DNA of 64,000 nt from Archangium sp. (GTDB lineage: Bacteria; Myxococcota; Myxococcia; Myxococcales; Myxococcaceae). Positions 26,502 through 37,799 of this stretch are shown in pieces. Position numbers and translations under genes: made by a program. The notes beneath the pieces were generated by a model that searched no databases, was not told the DNA's origin, and saw only the letters and a list, made by a program, of their open reading frames with translations. The stretch covers positions 31,650 through 95,649 of the forward strand of contig JANLPS010000027.1 of the NCBI GenBank assembly GCA_031367385.1, in the 5' to 3' direction. The first letter of the stretch is position 1. The number at the start of each line of letters is the position of its first letter.

Positions 26502-29351
26502 TTGCGATCCGTGCTCGCCAGTGGGTTGTTGGTCTGCCTCGCGCTTGGCGCCATCGAGGCGCGCGCTGACAACACCGCCGACGAGGCCGACATCGCCTTC
26601 GCGCTGGGCAACAAGCACTACTCCCGCCGCGAGTACGAGCCTGCGCTCTCGCAGTACTTCTTGTCGTACCGGCTGGTGCCCAACCGCAACGTGCTGTTCA
26701 ACATCGCGCACTGCTACGAGGCGCTGAACCGCTTCGACGAGGCGTACCGCTATTACTACGACCTCTCGGTCGACGCCGCCGGCAGTGAAGCAGACCGAAA
26801 AGACATTCGGGTCGCGCTGACCCGCTTGGGCCCCCGGGTGGCGTTGGTCTCTGTGACCTCCGAGCCGAGCGGCGCTGAGATTTTCGTCGACCGCGAAGAC
26901 TTGGGCAGCCGCGGCAGAACCCCGCAGACCGTCGCCGTACCCCCCGGCGCGCACACCGTGATGGTGAAGTCGGTGGGGTACCACCAGGCCCAGGCCAAGG
27001 TGACCGCGCTCAAAGGCAAAGAGGCCAAGCAGGCCCTCACGCTCGAGCGCATCGTGGGGCGGGTCGAGCTCTCGGGTTCACCGGCGGGTGCCATCGTTCG
27101 CGAGACCTCTGACGGCCCCGAGCTCGGGCGGCTGCCGGTCACCCTGTCACTGGTGCCCGGCGCCAAGCTGCTCCTGGTGCAGGCCGACGGCTACGTCTCG
27201 GGGCAGGTGCTGGTCGAGGTCAAGCCCAACACCGCCGTCGCCAGCAAGGTCGTGCTGGTCGAGCGGCCCAAGTCGCAAGGCACGCTGATTCTCACCGCCA
27301 ATCGCGACAAGGCGTTGGCGCGGGTCGATGGCAAAGACTCGGGCTTCACGCCAACCGTGCTGACCCTGCCGGTCGGCCGTCACCACGTCGAAATCACCTC
27401 TGAAGAGGCGCAGCCGTTGGTGCGCGAGATTGACGTGGTGGCCGACTCGGAGCAGCGCATCGACGCTGATTTGCGGTACGCGCCGCCGCCAGTGAGCGCC
27501 GCTTCGAAGACCGCGCTCTCGGTCGACCAGGCGCCGGCCTCGGTGACCGTCATCACCCGCGAAGAGATTCAGAGCTTCGGCTACCAGACCCTGCCCGAGG
27601 CCCTGCGGGCCGTGCGCGGCTTCTTCTTCACCGACGACCACATCTACACCTACATCGGGCTGCGCGGCTTTTCGCCTCCGGGCGATTTGAACACCCGCAT
27701 TCTCATCTTGTACGACGGGCACCCCACCAACGACGCGTGGGCCGGCCAGGGCTACTCGGCGCGCGACTTCGACGTCGACTTGAACGAAATCGACCGCATC
27801 GAAGTGGTACGGGGCCCGGCCTCAATTCTCTACGGCACCGGCGCGCTGTTCGGCGTCATCAACGTGGTGCCCCGCGAGCACTTGAGCGGCGGCAAGAACG
27901 TCGAGGGGGCGGTCGGCGCGGGCGGCGTCGGCGGCGTGAAGGCCCGGGTCACCGGCAGCGTCGGCAGCGGTGAGCGCTCGCTGCTCATCTCTGCGGCGGG
28001 CTTCAACTCGAGCGGTGGTGAGCTCACCCAGGTCGACGATGTCACCGTCACCGGGCTCGATGGCGAGCGCGCTCTCGGCACCTCCATACACGCCAGGTGG
28101 GACGGGTTCACCCTCACCGGCAAGCTCAACCAGCGCCGCAAGCAGGTGCCCACCGCGCCACACGGAGCGACCTTCAACGTCTCCGGCAGCGAGTACACTG
28201 ATGTGCGCGGGTTCGCCGAGCTGCGGTACCAAAAGGAGCTCGGGCGGGTCTCCCTCTCGGGCCGGCTCAGCTACGACGCCTCGCGCTTTCGCGGGTATTA
28301 CGCCAACCTCGTCGACGGCGACAGCCGGGTGCGCACCAACGACAGTGGTGGCGGCGATTGGGGTGACCTCGATCTCCGTGTCTCGGTCGGGCTGTGGTCG
28401 GGCAACCGGTTGACGGTGTCAGCAGAGGCGAACGGCCAATTCACCTACGAGCAGTTCGTGGGCAAGGCCCAGACGGAGTACATCAACCGCTTTCTCATCA
28501 GCGGCACGCTCATCGACGAGTGGCAGGTCACGCCTTGGTTGTTCATTCAAGCCGGTGTGCGACTCGACAAGTACCTCGACCTGGCCGACCTCGCGTTCTC
28601 CCCGCGTGGGGCGCTGGTGATCAAGCCCTATGCAGCGGGCTTGACCAAGCTGGTCGCGGGGCAGGCCTTTCGCGCTCCGAACATCTACGAGCTCCACTTC
28701 AACGATGACTTTCAGAGTGTGCGCTCGATCGAGCCTGGCTCGCTGCGCCCTGAGCTCATCACCACCTTCGAGCTCGAGCACTCCCACAACATCACGCCAG
28801 AGTTTCGGGCCACCGTCGGCGGTTATTACAACCTCATCGACCGGCAGATTTCACTGATCTACGACCACGCGGCCGACCCAGCCTGCGGGCCCGAGGGCAA
28901 GAAGGTGCAATGTCAGTACTACGCCAATCGCCCACGGCTCACGGCACTTGGGGCCGAGGCCCAGCTGCGATGGCAGCCCGGCCGCTTCACCCTCGTCGAC
29001 GGCACCTATTCATACGTCGTGCTGCGCGGCGGTGACCCAGAGAACCCCGTGGTGTACCCGACCCACCTGGCCTCGATGCGAGCGCTGGTGCCCCTGCGAG
29101 AAGGCTTGTTACGGCTGTCGACCCAGCTGACCTACCAATCGTCGCGCCTCGATGCGCGGGGCAACCCCATCGGCGAGGCCCTGCTGGTCAACGTCGGGTT
29201 CGCGGGTGAGTACGGCCCGGTGCGCTACTTCGCGGGGGTGCAGAACCTGCTCGATCAGCGAATCGGGCTCCCGGTGCGCGGAGAAACCGACAACCTGGTG
29301 GTCTCGCAGTATGGGCGCACCTTCTGGCTCGAATTGACGGCTGGCTTTTAG
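26502..29351 (+). CDS. TonB-dependent receptor with N-terminal TPR and multiple PEGA domains
   Basis: TPR (VLFNIAHCYE); PEGA repeats (SEPSGAEIFVD, GFTP); plug APASVTVITREEI, RIEVVRGPASILYG; terminal Phe. Confidence 0.9.
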   Translation: MRSVLASGLLVCLALGAIEARADNTADEADIAFALGNKHYSRREYEPALSQYFLSYRLVPNRNVLFNIAHCYEALNRFDEAYRYYYDLSVDAAGSEADRKDIRVALTRLGPRVALVSVTSEPSGAEIFVDREDLGSRGRTPQTVAVPPGAHTVMVKSVGYHQAQAKVTALKGKEAKQALTLERIVGRVELSGSPAGAIVRETSDGPELGRLPVTLSLVPGAKLLLVQADGYVSGQVLVEVKPNTAVASKVVLVERPKSQGTLILTANRDKALARVDGKDSGFTPTVLTLPVGRHHVEITSEEAQPLVREIDVVADSEQRIDADLRYAPPPVSAASKTALSVDQAPASVTVITREEIQSFGYQTLPEALRAVRGFFFTDDHIYTYIGLRGFSPPGDLNTRILILYDGHPTNDAWAGQGYSARDFDVDLNEIDRIEVVRGPASILYGTGALFGVINVVPREHLSGGKNVEGAVGAGGVGGVKARVTGSVGSGERSLLISAAGFNSSGGELTQVDDVTVTGLDGERALGTSIHARWDGFTLTGKLNQRRKQVPTAPHGATFNVSGSEYTDVRGFAELRYQKELGRVSLSGRLSYDASRFRGYYANLVDGDSRVRTNDSGGGDWGDLDLRVSVGLWSGNRLTVSAEANGQFTYEQFVGKAQTEYINRFLISGTLIDEWQVTPWLFIQAGVRLDKYLDLADLAFSPRGALVIKPYAAGLTKLVAGQAFRAPNIYELHFNDDFQSVRSIEPGSLRPELITTFELEHSHNITPEFRATVGGYYNLIDRQISLIYDHAADPACGPEGKKVQCQYYANRPRLTALGAEAQLRWQPGRFTLVDGTYSYVVLRGGDPENPVVYPTHLASMRALVPLREGLLRLSTQLTYQSSRLDARGNPIGEALLVNVGFAGEYGPVRYFAGVQNLLDQRIGLPVRGETDNLVVSQYGRTFWLELTAGF

Positions 29352-29395
29352 AAGGGGTTGCGTTCGAGCCCCGAAGTGCCTTACGCGACCTGCCC

Positions 29396-30451
29396 ATGGC
29401 AGTGGCTTTCTCGACCCTCACCGACCCCAAAGCGGCGCCCACGTACCGGTCGTCGGCCTTTCAGCGAGCCATCGAGGGCCTGCTCTACGACCCGCGTGAC
29501 GCGGTGTTCGTGCGGCTCTCGCTCAAGGTGGTGTTGGTGATGGTGCCGCTGCTGCTGGCGCTCTACCTGCGCTTCTCGTGGTGGTTGGCGGCCGTGGTGC
29601 TGGTGATTCAGCTGCCGCTGATGGCGCCTCCGGTGATTTTGATGCTGCACAACACCATGCACCGGCCCTTCTTCAAGAAGGCCCGCTGGCTCAACCGCGT
29701 GCACCCGTACGCGATGAGCGGGCTCTTCGGCATACCGACCGGGTACATGGAGCACCACGTGGCGATGCACCACGTCGAGAACAACCTGCGCTCAGACCTC
29801 TCGTCGACCATGCAGTACCAGCGCGACAACGTGCTGCATTGGGTGGCTTACGTGGGCCGCTTTTTCTTCACATCGCACGTGGGGCTGACCCGGTATCTGG
29901 TCTCGAAGGGCCGCGGCGCGCTGGCCCGCAGGGCGATGCTGAGCGACGGCGCTCACGTGGCCTGCATGGTGGGGCTGAGCTTCGTGAATTGGCGCGCGAC
30001 CCTGATGGCCTTCGTGGTGCCGTACCTGCTGATTCGAATCATGATGATGGTAGGCAATTGGGGGCAACACGCCTTCATCGACCCCAGCCGCCCCGGCGAC
30101 AGCTACGCCAACAGCATCACGTGCATCAACGGGGCGTACAACGCCCGCTGCTTCAATGACGGGTACCACATCGGCCACCACGTGAAGCAGAACCGCCACT
30201 GGTCGGAGATGCCCAAAGACTTCGAAGACAACCTGGCCAAGTACCAGGCCGAGGGCTGCATCGTGTTCGAGAAGATCGACTTCTTCGTGGTCTCGATGCT
30301 GCTCTTCGGGCGCCAGTACGGGCTGCTCGCCAAGTTCTTCGTGCGCCTGCCCGGCGACGAGCGCAGCGACGCTGAAATCATTGAGTTTCTCAAGGGCCGC
30401 ACCCGCCGCTTCGCCGCCGACGTCACCGAGGGCGTCGTGGTGAACGCCTGA
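29396..30451 (+). CDS. Membrane fatty acid desaturase family protein
   Basis: His boxes HNTMH, HHVAMHH and YHIGHH. Confidence 0.9.
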   Translation: MAVAFSTLTDPKAAPTYRSSAFQRAIEGLLYDPRDAVFVRLSLKVVLVMVPLLLALYLRFSWWLAAVVLVIQLPLMAPPVILMLHNTMHRPFFKKARWLNRVHPYAMSGLFGIPTGYMEHHVAMHHVENNLRSDLSSTMQYQRDNVLHWVAYVGRFFFTSHVGLTRYLVSKGRGALARRAMLSDGAHVACMVGLSFVNWRATLMAFVVPYLLIRIMMMVGNWGQHAFIDPSRPGDSYANSITCINGAYNARCFNDGYHIGHHVKQNRHWSEMPKDFEDNLAKYQAEGCIVFEKIDFFVVSMLLFGRQYGLLAKFFVRLPGDERSDAEIIEFLKGRTRRFAADVTEGVVVNA

Positions 30452-30502
30452 AAACGAGCCTCCGGGCTCGAAGCGCGATTACACTTCGAGGCTGAGCCTG
30501 CA

Positions 30503-31453
30503 ATGCCTCCCCAACCGTCGGCGCCGTCTGCGCAAAAGCCCATCGAGGTGCCGAGCCGGAGGTTCGTCAAGTACACGATTCGCTCGCGCCTAGGGCAGGG
30601 TGGCATGGCCGAGGTCTTCTTGGCCGAGGCGATCGACCAAAACGGAGATCAGCTCAACGTCGCGCTCAAGCTGATGAAGAAGGGCATCAGCGAAGATCAA
30701 TTCGCCGACGAAGCCGACCTGATGGGCCTGCTCTCGCACCCGAACCTGGTGCAGATGCTGGAGATCGGCACCGCCTTCGGCCGCCCCTTCATCGCGATGG
30801 AGTTTCTCATCGGCGGTGACTTGAAAGAAGTGATGGAGGCGCACCGCCGCCAGATGAAGGGTTTCCCGCTCAACATGGGGGTGCACATCACGCTCGAGGC
30901 GCTCAAGGCGCTCGCGTATTTTCACTCGGCGACCTCACGCACCGGCGCGCCGCTGAGCCTGGTGCATTCAGACGTGAACCCGGCCAATGTTTTTTTCTCG
31001 GGCCGCGGCGAGGTGAAGCTGGGTGACTTCGGCGTCGCGAGCTCTGGCCGCGCCAACATCGGCCCTGGTGAAGGCGTCGCCGCTGGCAAGCTCTCGTACC
31101 TCTCGCCCGAGCAGACCCGCGCCGAGGCCCTGGGCCCGGCGTCTGATTTGTGGGCGGTGGGCGTGATGCTGCACGAGCTGGTCGTCGGGTATCACCCGTT
31201 TCAAAAAGAAGGCGCCAACGAGCCCGAGACGATGGCGATGATTCGGGCCGGCAAGCTGGTGATCCCCGACTATGTCGACAAGCCGCTGGCCCAGGTGATT
31301 CAGAAGGCCCTCGCGGTCGACTTGCGCACCCGGTACCGCAGCGCCGGCGAGTTCGGCGGGCCGCTCTTCGCCTACGCCCTCGACAAGAACTTGCTGCCCA
31401 CCGCTCGCCAGGTTCAGGAGTGGCTGGAGAGCGTCTTGGGGCTCCTGGTCTGA
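30503..31453 (+). CDS. Cytoplasmic Ser/Thr protein kinase
   Basis: LGQGGMAEVF, VALK, HSDVNPAN, DFG, GKLSYLSPE. Confidence 0.9.
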   Translation: MPPQPSAPSAQKPIEVPSRRFVKYTIRSRLGQGGMAEVFLAEAIDQNGDQLNVALKLMKKGISEDQFADEADLMGLLSHPNLVQMLEIGTAFGRPFIAMEFLIGGDLKEVMEAHRRQMKGFPLNMGVHITLEALKALAYFHSATSRTGAPLSLVHSDVNPANVFFSGRGEVKLGDFGVASSGRANIGPGEGVAAGKLSYLSPEQTRAEALGPASDLWAVGVMLHELVVGYHPFQKEGANEPETMAMIRAGKLVIPDYVDKPLAQVIQKALAVDLRTRYRSAGEFGGPLFAYALDKNLLPTARQVQEWLESVLGLLV

Positions 31454-31529
31454 AAAGCCTGTGAATTCGGCCTGTTAACGTGATTGCGAGCGGTCTCCCG
31501 CCTGCGCCTGCAGAGGCGCTATACAGGCC

Positions 31530-33995
31530 GTGATGGTGGGGGAGTCACTGACAATGCGCGAGCCGCAGCCGGTGCTGTTCATCGGAGCATCTGACGACGA
31601 CGCGGCTGCGGTGCTCGAGGCGCTTACGGCCAGCGGTCGCAGCGTTCGCGAGGTGCGGGCGAACGACGAATCGGCGAAGCAGGCGATGCAGTCAGAGCCC
31701 AAGGCCTTCGTGCTGATCGACTTGCGCGGCACCACGCGCGGCCCGAAGGCCTGGCGCGAGCTGCTCGACGAGCAACAGCCGGGCAAGCCCCTGGTGGTGC
31801 TCACCGACGACGCCCACCAGACCGAGCTGGTCGACTGGCTGCGCCACGGCACCGACGACTGGCTCCAGCGCCCGTTCTTCCCCGCGGCGCATGCGGTGCT
31901 GACCCGGCTCGAGCACCAGGCGACACAGCGGGCCCTGCAGCGCGAGCGCGAGATGCGGCTCCAGGAGGCCACCGTTGGGTTGGTGCATCTGGCCCGCAGC
32001 CCTCGATTTCATGGCGACGACTTGCCAGCGGCGCTGCGAGAAATCACCGAGGTCGCGACGAGCAGCCTCGATGTCGCGCGCTGCGGAGTGTGGCTGTGCA
32101 ACGAGGCGAAGACGCAGCTGCAGTTGGTCGACTTGTACGACACCGAGACCAAGGCGCACAGCGAAGGCCACGAGCTGTCACTGACTCTTCACCCCCACTA
32201 CTTCGCGGCGCTGGCGGCGCACCAGGTCTTGGCGGTGGCCGAGGCCACCGCCGAAGAGAACACCTTCGATTTCGCCCAGGCGTATTTCAAGGAGCAGCGA
32301 ATCGCCTCGACGCTCGACGCTGGGCTTCGGCTTCGCGGAGAGCTGGTGGGGGTGATTTGCATCGAGCACCGAGGCGCCCCTCGCCGGTGGGCGCAAGACG
32401 AGATCGTCTTTGCGCGCGCGCTGGCCGAGGTCGTCTCGCATTCTCTCGAGGGTGCAGAGCGCAACCGCGCCGAGCGGGCGTTGGCTCAGTCAGAGCGCCG
32501 CTTTCGAGACCTGTTCACCTACTCGAGCGATGCGATCGTGCTCTACCGCGTCTCGCTCGACGGTCACGTATTCTGCGAAGACGTCAACCCGGCCGCCGAG
32601 CTTCAAACCGGCCTCAAGCGAAATGACATCGTCGGGCTTCAGCCCTCTGACGTGCTCGACCCGATCTCCGCGGCCAAGCTCAACGCGCGCTACGCCGAGG
32701 TGATTCGGGCAAAGGTGCCGATCAGCTACGAGCATGACCTCATTTTTCCCACCGGCGTTCGCTTCATGAATACCTGTGCGGTGCCGTTGCTCGATGATCA
32801 AGGGCGGGTCAACCGCATCGCGTCGATCGTTCGCGACATGACGGCGCAGCGCCAGGCCGAGGCGCTGCAGCACCGGCTCGAGGCGCAGGTCGCCGAGGTG
32901 CAGAAGAATGAAGCGCTGGGGCGGCTGGCGTCGCACATCGCACACGACGTGAACAACCTGCTGACGGTCATCACCGCGCACGCGAGCCGCATCGAGGGCT
33001 CGGGGCGCACCGCTGAAGCCGCACGGTCGATTCTGCAGGCCACCTCACGGGGTCGCGAGCTGACCCAGCAGATCTTGACCTTCGGCCGGCGCCGGCCACC
33101 CGAGCGAAAGCCGCTCGACCTGGCCGAGCTGGTGCGAGAGACGTTGAAGCTGCTCGAGCCGACCGCTCCGGGGGTCGCGCTGCGAGAAGACATCGCGCCC
33201 AAGCCGACCCGGGTGTTGGGTGACGCGTCGCAGCTGCATCAGGTGCTGACCAACCTGTGCACCAATGCGCTCAACGCGATGCACGCTCAGGGCACGCTGA
33301 CGGTGTCGCTGGGGTTGTTCGAGGTCGATCAGCTGTTCGCCGCGAAGCACCCGCCGCTGCAGGCGGGCTCGTGGGTGCGGCTGGCCGTCAAAGACACCGG
33401 AGTCGGGATGGACGAGGCCACCACGCGGCGCATCTTCGAGCCGTTCTTCAGCACCCGGCCCGAGGGCCGAGGGACCGGATTGGGGTTGGCAGTGGTGAAC
33501 AGCATCGTAGTGGCACATGACGGCGCGATTCTGGTCGAGAGCAAACCGCAGCAGGGCTCGACCTTCTCGGTATTCTTGAAGGCTTACGACGACGACTTGG
33601 CGCGGCCAGGGGCGGGGCAGCACTTGATGCTGGTCGACGACCACCCAGGCATGGCGCGGGTCAGCGCGAAGCTGCTCGAGACGCTGGGGTACCGAACCAC
33701 GGTGTTCGATGACCCGCGCGAGGCGTTGAGCGCGTTCACCGCGACTCCGTCGGGGTTCGACGCGGTGCTGACCGACCTGTCGATGCCGCAGATGAGCGGT
33801 GAGGAGTTCACCCGGTCGCTTCGGGCGCTGCGACCCACGCTGCCAGTGATTGTGTCGTCGGGCATGGCGAGCCAGCTCGACGCTGAAGAGCTCAAGTCGC
33901 TCGGCGTGGCCGGCGTGCTGCTCAAGCCGTGGCGGTTGGAAGAGGCGGTCGCGACGCTGCAGCGGGTGCTGCCGTCACTGCCGCCGCGGCGCTGA
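31530..33995 (+). CDS. Hybrid sensor histidine kinase (degenerate REC-GAF-PAS-HisKA-HATPase-REC)
   Basis: [26 protein letters not shown], and a C-terminal receiver (VDD, TDLSMP, KP). Start uncertain (31530-31554). Confidence 0.92.
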   Translation: MMVGESLTMREPQPVLFIGASDDDAAAVLEALTASGRSVREVRANDESAKQAMQSEPKAFVLIDLRGTTRGPKAWRELLDEQQPGKPLVVLTDDAHQTELVDWLRHGTDDWLQRPFFPAAHAVLTRLEHQATQRALQREREMRLQEATVGLVHLARSPRFHGDDLPAALREITEVATSSLDVARCGVWLCNEAKTQLQLVDLYDTETKAHSEGHELSLTLHPHYFAALAAHQVLAVAEATAEENTFDFAQAYFKEQRIASTLDAGLRLRGELVGVICIEHRGAPRRWAQDEIVFARALAEVVSHSLEGAERNRAERALAQSERRFRDLFTYSSDAIVLYRVSLDGHVFCEDVNPAAELQTGLKRNDIVGLQPSDVLDPISAAKLNARYAEVIRAKVPISYEHDLIFPTGVRFMNTCAVPLLDDQGRVNRIASIVRDMTAQRQAEALQHRLEAQVAEVQKNEALGRLASHIAHDVNNLLTVITAHASRIEGSGRTAEAARSILQATSRGRELTQQILTFGRRRPPERKPLDLAELVRETLKLLEPTAPGVALREDIAPKPTRVLGDASQLHQVLTNLCTNALNAMHAQGTLTVSLGLFEVDQLFAAKHPPLQAGSWVRLAVKDTGVGMDEATTRRIFEPFFSTRPEGRGTGLGLAVVNSIVVAHDGAILVESKPQQGSTFSVFLKAYDDDLARPGAGQHLMLVDDHPGMARVSAKLLETLGYRTTVFDDPREALSAFTATPSGFDAVLTDLSMPQMSGEEFTRSLRALRPTLPVIVSSGMASQLDAEELKSLGVAGVLLKPWRLEEAVATLQRVLPSLPPRR

Positions 33996-34006
33996 GGGTT
34001 TCGCAC

Positions 34007-34906
34007 GTGCCTGCCCCCCTTCGAACACCCGATAGCCGCTTCGAGCATCTGCCCGGCTACGGCTTCGAGCCGCGGTACCTGACGCTCGCGAGCGGCGTTC
34101 GAATGCATTACCTCGACGAGGGGGTGCCCGAGGCCCCGGTCGTATTGCTGCTGCACGGCGAGCCGACCTGGTCCTACCTCTACCGGAAGATGATACCGAT
34201 TCTGGTGAGCGAGGGTTTTCGCGTGCTGGCACCCGACCTGGTCGGGTTTGGAAAGTCTGACAAGCTCCCCGACGTCTCCGACTACTCGTATCAGCATCAC
34301 GTCGACTGGCTCCGCGAGTGGCTGGAGGCGGTGGACGTGCGAGCGGTCACCCTCTTTTGTCAGGATTGGGGCTCGTTGCTGGGTTTGCGCCTCGCGGTGG
34401 AGAACGAGCACCGGTTTGACCGCATCATGGTGGCGAACGGCACCTTACCGACCGCCGATGGGCCACCTCCTCGCGCGTTCGGGGTGTGGAGGGCCTTCGC
34501 CACCTGGTCGCCTTGGTTTCCCATCGGGCGAATCGTCAACGCGGGGTGTGTGGTGAAGCTGAGTGCGGCCGAGCGAGCCGCCTACGATGCTCCGTTTCCC
34601 ACCGCTCGCTTCAAGGCTGGCGCACGCGCGTTTCCGCGTTTGGTTCCCACCTCCGAGGGCGACCCCGCGACCGCGGCGAACCGTGCCGCCTGGGAGCGCC
34701 TCAAACGATGGGAGAAGCCCTTCTTGTGTGTCTTCGGCAAGAATGACCCCATTCTCGGTCGGGCCGACGGGCGTTTCTTGAAGCACGTGCCAGGCGCGCA
34801 AGGTCAGCCGCACGACCGAATCTGGGGCGGGCATTTCATTCAGGAAGACCGCGGTGACGAGCTGGCGAAGAGATTGGCTGCGTTCGCACGAACGCCGATC
34901 AAGTGA
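34007..34906 (+). CDS. Haloalkane dehalogenase family alpha/beta hydrolase
   Basis: [25 protein letters not shown] nucleophile, GHFIQED. Confidence 0.92.
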   Translation: MPAPLRTPDSRFEHLPGYGFEPRYLTLASGVRMHYLDEGVPEAPVVLLLHGEPTWSYLYRKMIPILVSEGFRVLAPDLVGFGKSDKLPDVSDYSYQHHVDWLREWLEAVDVRAVTLFCQDWGSLLGLRLAVENEHRFDRIMVANGTLPTADGPPPRAFGVWRAFATWSPWFPIGRIVNAGCVVKLSAAERAAYDAPFPTARFKAGARAFPRLVPTSEGDPATAANRAAWERLKRWEKPFLCVFGKNDPILGRADGRFLKHVPGAQGQPHDRIWGGHFIQEDRGDELAKRLAAFARTPIK

Positions 34907-36188
34907 CTGCGGCTTCGACGAAGGCCCCGCAGGTCTCGCAGTGTGTCTCATGCGCTGGCAGCACCGCCCCGCAGTACGGGCATGGGCCTGCGTTCGCGTG
35001 TTTTGCCGCGGTCGCCGCCGAGGCCCCGCATGACGGGCACGGGCCGAGCTCAGCCGCGTAGACTGCCTTGCAGCTCTCGCAGGCCACCCGCCCAAGCCGC
35101 GCGGCGCCGACCCGCTCGAGCTCTGGGTACAGCACCTCGAGCTCGGCCGAGCTCAAGCGGTCGTCTTCTTTCGCCGGAGACCAGATCACCTCCAGCATCG
35201 GCACCGAATCAATCTCGCGCAGCCTCTCGACCAGCCGCCTCAGCGGAGCCCACGTGCCGATGGGCTCGCGCTCGTCTCGCCCCTCGGTGAGCCCCACCAA
35301 GACACTCACTACCAACAGGCCCTGGCCCTCGAGTGGGCGCGCCACCACGTCGACCTTCTCGTGGCCTCGCCCAGCGGTTTCGTGCGCGTAGCGGGCTCGC
35401 AGAGCCAGGGTGGTGTCGTGGAGCGACCGTTCGGTCTGGTTCGCATTGCCATGCACTTCTTCGACGAGCGCATACCGCACGCCAGGCAACGCGGGCTCGA
35501 ACAGGTCGACCACCGCGCGGTACAGGGTCAGCCTTGACAAGTCGCTGCCCGGCTCCTTCGTGGTCAGGCGCTCGAGGGCTTTTTGCAGGCTGGGCCGAAC
35601 GCTCCAGTCGAAGCCGAGCGTGACTCGAAGCCGTGTCGCTGAGCCACTCGAGGCGTCGGTCAACAACGACGAGAGCTTGTTCACCCCAAGCAGCTCCTTG
35701 GCCTTCTCTTGAGCGTCGTCCATCAGGGTGCCGGCTCTCGTGCTGGCTTCTGAAATCTCTTTCTCGCTGCGCATCAAGAACAGCGCGAGCATCGCCGCCA
35801 TCACGCCGATCAGCAGGTGGGGCCAGCGCACGCCGAAAATCGAAAACGGAGGCGCGGGTATCAGCGCGACCTCTTCTGGGCTCAAGGCCGCGAAGTCAGC
35901 GGTGCGGTGCGAGGTGCTCCATGCGGCACTGGCCTTGGCACGCTCTTCGGCGGCGGCTCGCTCTTGAGCGGTCGGCGCGCGCGGCGGCGTCGAAACCGTG
36001 GGCGACTTGGGAAACATCGGCTCCTGTTTGGCCGGAAATGGATCGCTGTGCCCGCCACCCGTGCGAGGCGCGTCTTCGGTGCCGGTGCCCCGCCCTCTGC
36101 CGAGCCCGCCACTGCCGGTGCTGCCGCCGCTGGTTTGCGCGATGGCGACCTGCGCGAGCATCACGAAAACACACACCCAGCGACCCAT
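34899..36188 (-). CDS. DUF1517-like membrane protein with two C-terminal zinc ribbons
   Basis: Signal followed by [11 protein letters not shown] helix; LEVIWSP...[19 protein letters not shown]...CPSC and CPYC...CETC. Confidence 0.75.
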   Translation of the reverse strand: MGRWVCVFVMLAQVAIAQTSGGSTGSGGLGRGRGTGTEDAPRTGGGHSDPFPAKQEPMFPKSPTVSTPPRAPTAQERAAAEERAKASAAWSTSHRTADFAALSPEEVALIPAPPFSIFGVRWPHLLIGVMAAMLALFLMRSEKEISEASTRAGTLMDDAQEKAKELLGVNKLSSLLTDASSGSATRLRVTLGFDWSVRPSLQKALERLTTKEPGSDLSRLTLYRAVVDLFEPALPGVRYALVEEVHGNANQTERSLHDTTLALRARYAHETAGRGHEKVDVVARPLEGQGLLVVSVLVGLTEGRDEREPIGTWAPLRRLVERLREIDSVPMLEVIWSPAKEDDRLSSAELEVLYPELERVGAARLGRVACESCKAVYAAELGPCPSCGASAATAAKHANAGPCPYCGAVLPAHETHCETCGAFVEAAVT

Positions 36189-36210
36189 CTGCTGACGGTA
36201 TCATCGCCCC

Positions 36211-36729
36211 GTGCGTACTGCGTCGGCGTTGATCGGGCTGGTCATAGCGTTTCTCGCGTCGCGGTTTCTGCCCGACCTGTTTCTCGATGACCGCATACCC
36301 TACGCGGTGGCCGAGGGGGCGCTGGTACGTGAGGTCTCGGTGGCGCAGGCCCTCGGGTTCATCGAGGTCGGCCGTGGCGATGACCGAATCGAACGGCAGT
36401 GGCACAAGCAGCTCGACCTCGAAGCGCACCACTGCGTCGCGGTGGTGGTCGCGCTCTCGGGGCGGGGCACGCTCGACGAGCTGCGGTTCTACCCGGCTGA
36501 AGAAGACTCGGCCCTGGGCACGATTGCGTCGGAGAACCGCTCGAAGCAGATCATTCAATTGCAGACCTGCGCTGGAGAAGAACCGCTGCCGATGCAGGCC
36601 GTCGCTGAGACTGATTTTTTCGACCGTGATGACTTCGTGCGAACGGTGCATTGGGTCGTGCTCAAGGCGCCGGCTTCGATTGTCGGTGGCAACGCGAAGT
36701 TGAACCGTGGCACCGTGCCGGTTGATTGA
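36211..36729 (+). CDS. Hypothetical membrane-anchored protein
   Basis: 172 aa ORF with N-terminal hydrophobic helix, filling the gap between flanking genes. Confidence 0.65.
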   Translation: MRTASALIGLVIAFLASRFLPDLFLDDRIPYAVAEGALVREVSVAQALGFIEVGRGDDRIERQWHKQLDLEAHHCVAVVVALSGRGTLDELRFYPAEEDSALGTIASENRSKQIIQLQTCAGEEPLPMQAVAETDFFDRDDFVRTVHWVVLKAPASIVGGNAKLNRGTVPVD

Positions 36730-36748
36730 AGGGGCGAGCGGGGGGGTT

Positions 36749-36773
36749 CTTCGAGCCCCTCAAGGACGAACGG
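36749..36773. repeat. Isolated REP-like unit
   Basis: CTTCGAGCCCCTCAAGGACGAACGG resembles CTTCGAGTTCCTCAGGACGAGCGG at 14663-14686; lies between convergent genes. Confidence 0.5.
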
Positions 36774-36788
36774 GTTTCTTTCTGAGGC

Positions 36789-37376
36789 TTAGAAGAATGA
36801 AACTCCGGCTTCACGGAGCAGGCGCACCACCCGCTGCATCGGCAGCCCTTGCACCGAGGTGCGGTCTCCATCGATGCGCGAGAAGATCGCCTGGCCCTTG
36901 CCCTCGACCCGATATGCGCCCGCGCACCCCTGCCACTCACCGGTTGCGACGTAGGCTTCGACCTCTCGCGCCGAGAGCGCCTGCACGCTCATGCGCACCA
37001 CGTCGAGCTCGGTCACGAAAAAGCCAGGGCCCGCCGCGCACACCCCAGTGCAGATTTCATGGGTCTTGCCACCCAGCAGGCCCAGCTGCGCCTTGGCGGC
37101 CTCCGCATCGTCAGGCTTGCCCAGCGCACGGCCCGCGAGCGCCACCAGCTGATCCGCTCCCAGCACCAACGCAGTGGGAAAACGCTGGGCCACCGCGCGC
37201 GCTTTTCGCTCGGCCAACATCGCGACCGCCTGGTGCGCCGAGACGTCCTCCGGCACCGACTCCTCGACCTCCGGAGCCACCGCACGGTAGGGCAGACCCA
37301 AACCATCCATCAACGCGCGCCGGGCAGGCGAGGTCGAGGCGAGAATCAGCTCCGAGTACGGTCCAAAAGCGGCCAC
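36789..37376 (-). CDS. maf: Maf-family nucleoside triphosphate pyrophosphatase
   Basis: LILASTSPARR, GADQ, GKP, CAGAY, VQGLP. Confidence 0.93.
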   Translation of the reverse strand: MAAFGPYSELILASTSPARRALMDGLGLPYRAVAPEVEESVPEDVSAHQAVAMLAERKARAVAQRFPTALVLGADQLVALAGRALGKPDDAEAAKAQLGLLGGKTHEICTGVCAAGPGFFVTELDVVRMSVQALSAREVEAYVATGEWQGCAGAYRVEGKGQAIFSRIDGDRTSVQGLPMQRVVRLLREAGVSFF

Positions 37377-37408
37377 GGGGCGCTTCTTTCAGACCTCGCG
37401 CCGAAGCG

Positions 37409-37702
37409 CTACATCAGCCCGTCGCACTCCGGAGGTTTCGGCGACCCGCAGGTCTGCGACAACAACGCCCGCGCGCACGCCGCCTTCTTCTGGGCCCGCG
37501 ACTGGTCGACCGACGTTCGCTTGCTGGTCTGCGAGCATTGCTTCGAGACCGCCAGACACCGTTCTTGACCGTCTTTCTGGCAGCTGGTCGCGGCACACTG
37601 CGCACCGGCCCACAGGTCACACAGCCACCGCTCGTTGTACGTGTTCGGCTTGGTGCCCGATGACAGCGACAACAACAGCGCGGCGGCAGTGGAGATCAGC
37701 AT
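37409..37702 (-). CDS. Small secreted Cys-rich protein
   Basis: 97 aa from MLISTAAALLLSL; 8 Cys in the mature part. Confidence 0.7.
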   Translation of the reverse strand: MLISTAAALLLSLSSGTKPNTYNERWLCDLWAGAQCAATSCQKDGQERCLAVSKQCSQTSKRTSVDQSRAQKKAACARALLSQTCGSPKPPECDGLM

Positions 37703-37799
37703 GGGGCAAACCTTAACCAAGCCCGCCAGGCAGGTCGACGTTTCGGCCTCCTCCTGTTGCACCCTGTATCTGGTCGCAGAATTGGCTACATGGGCTGCA

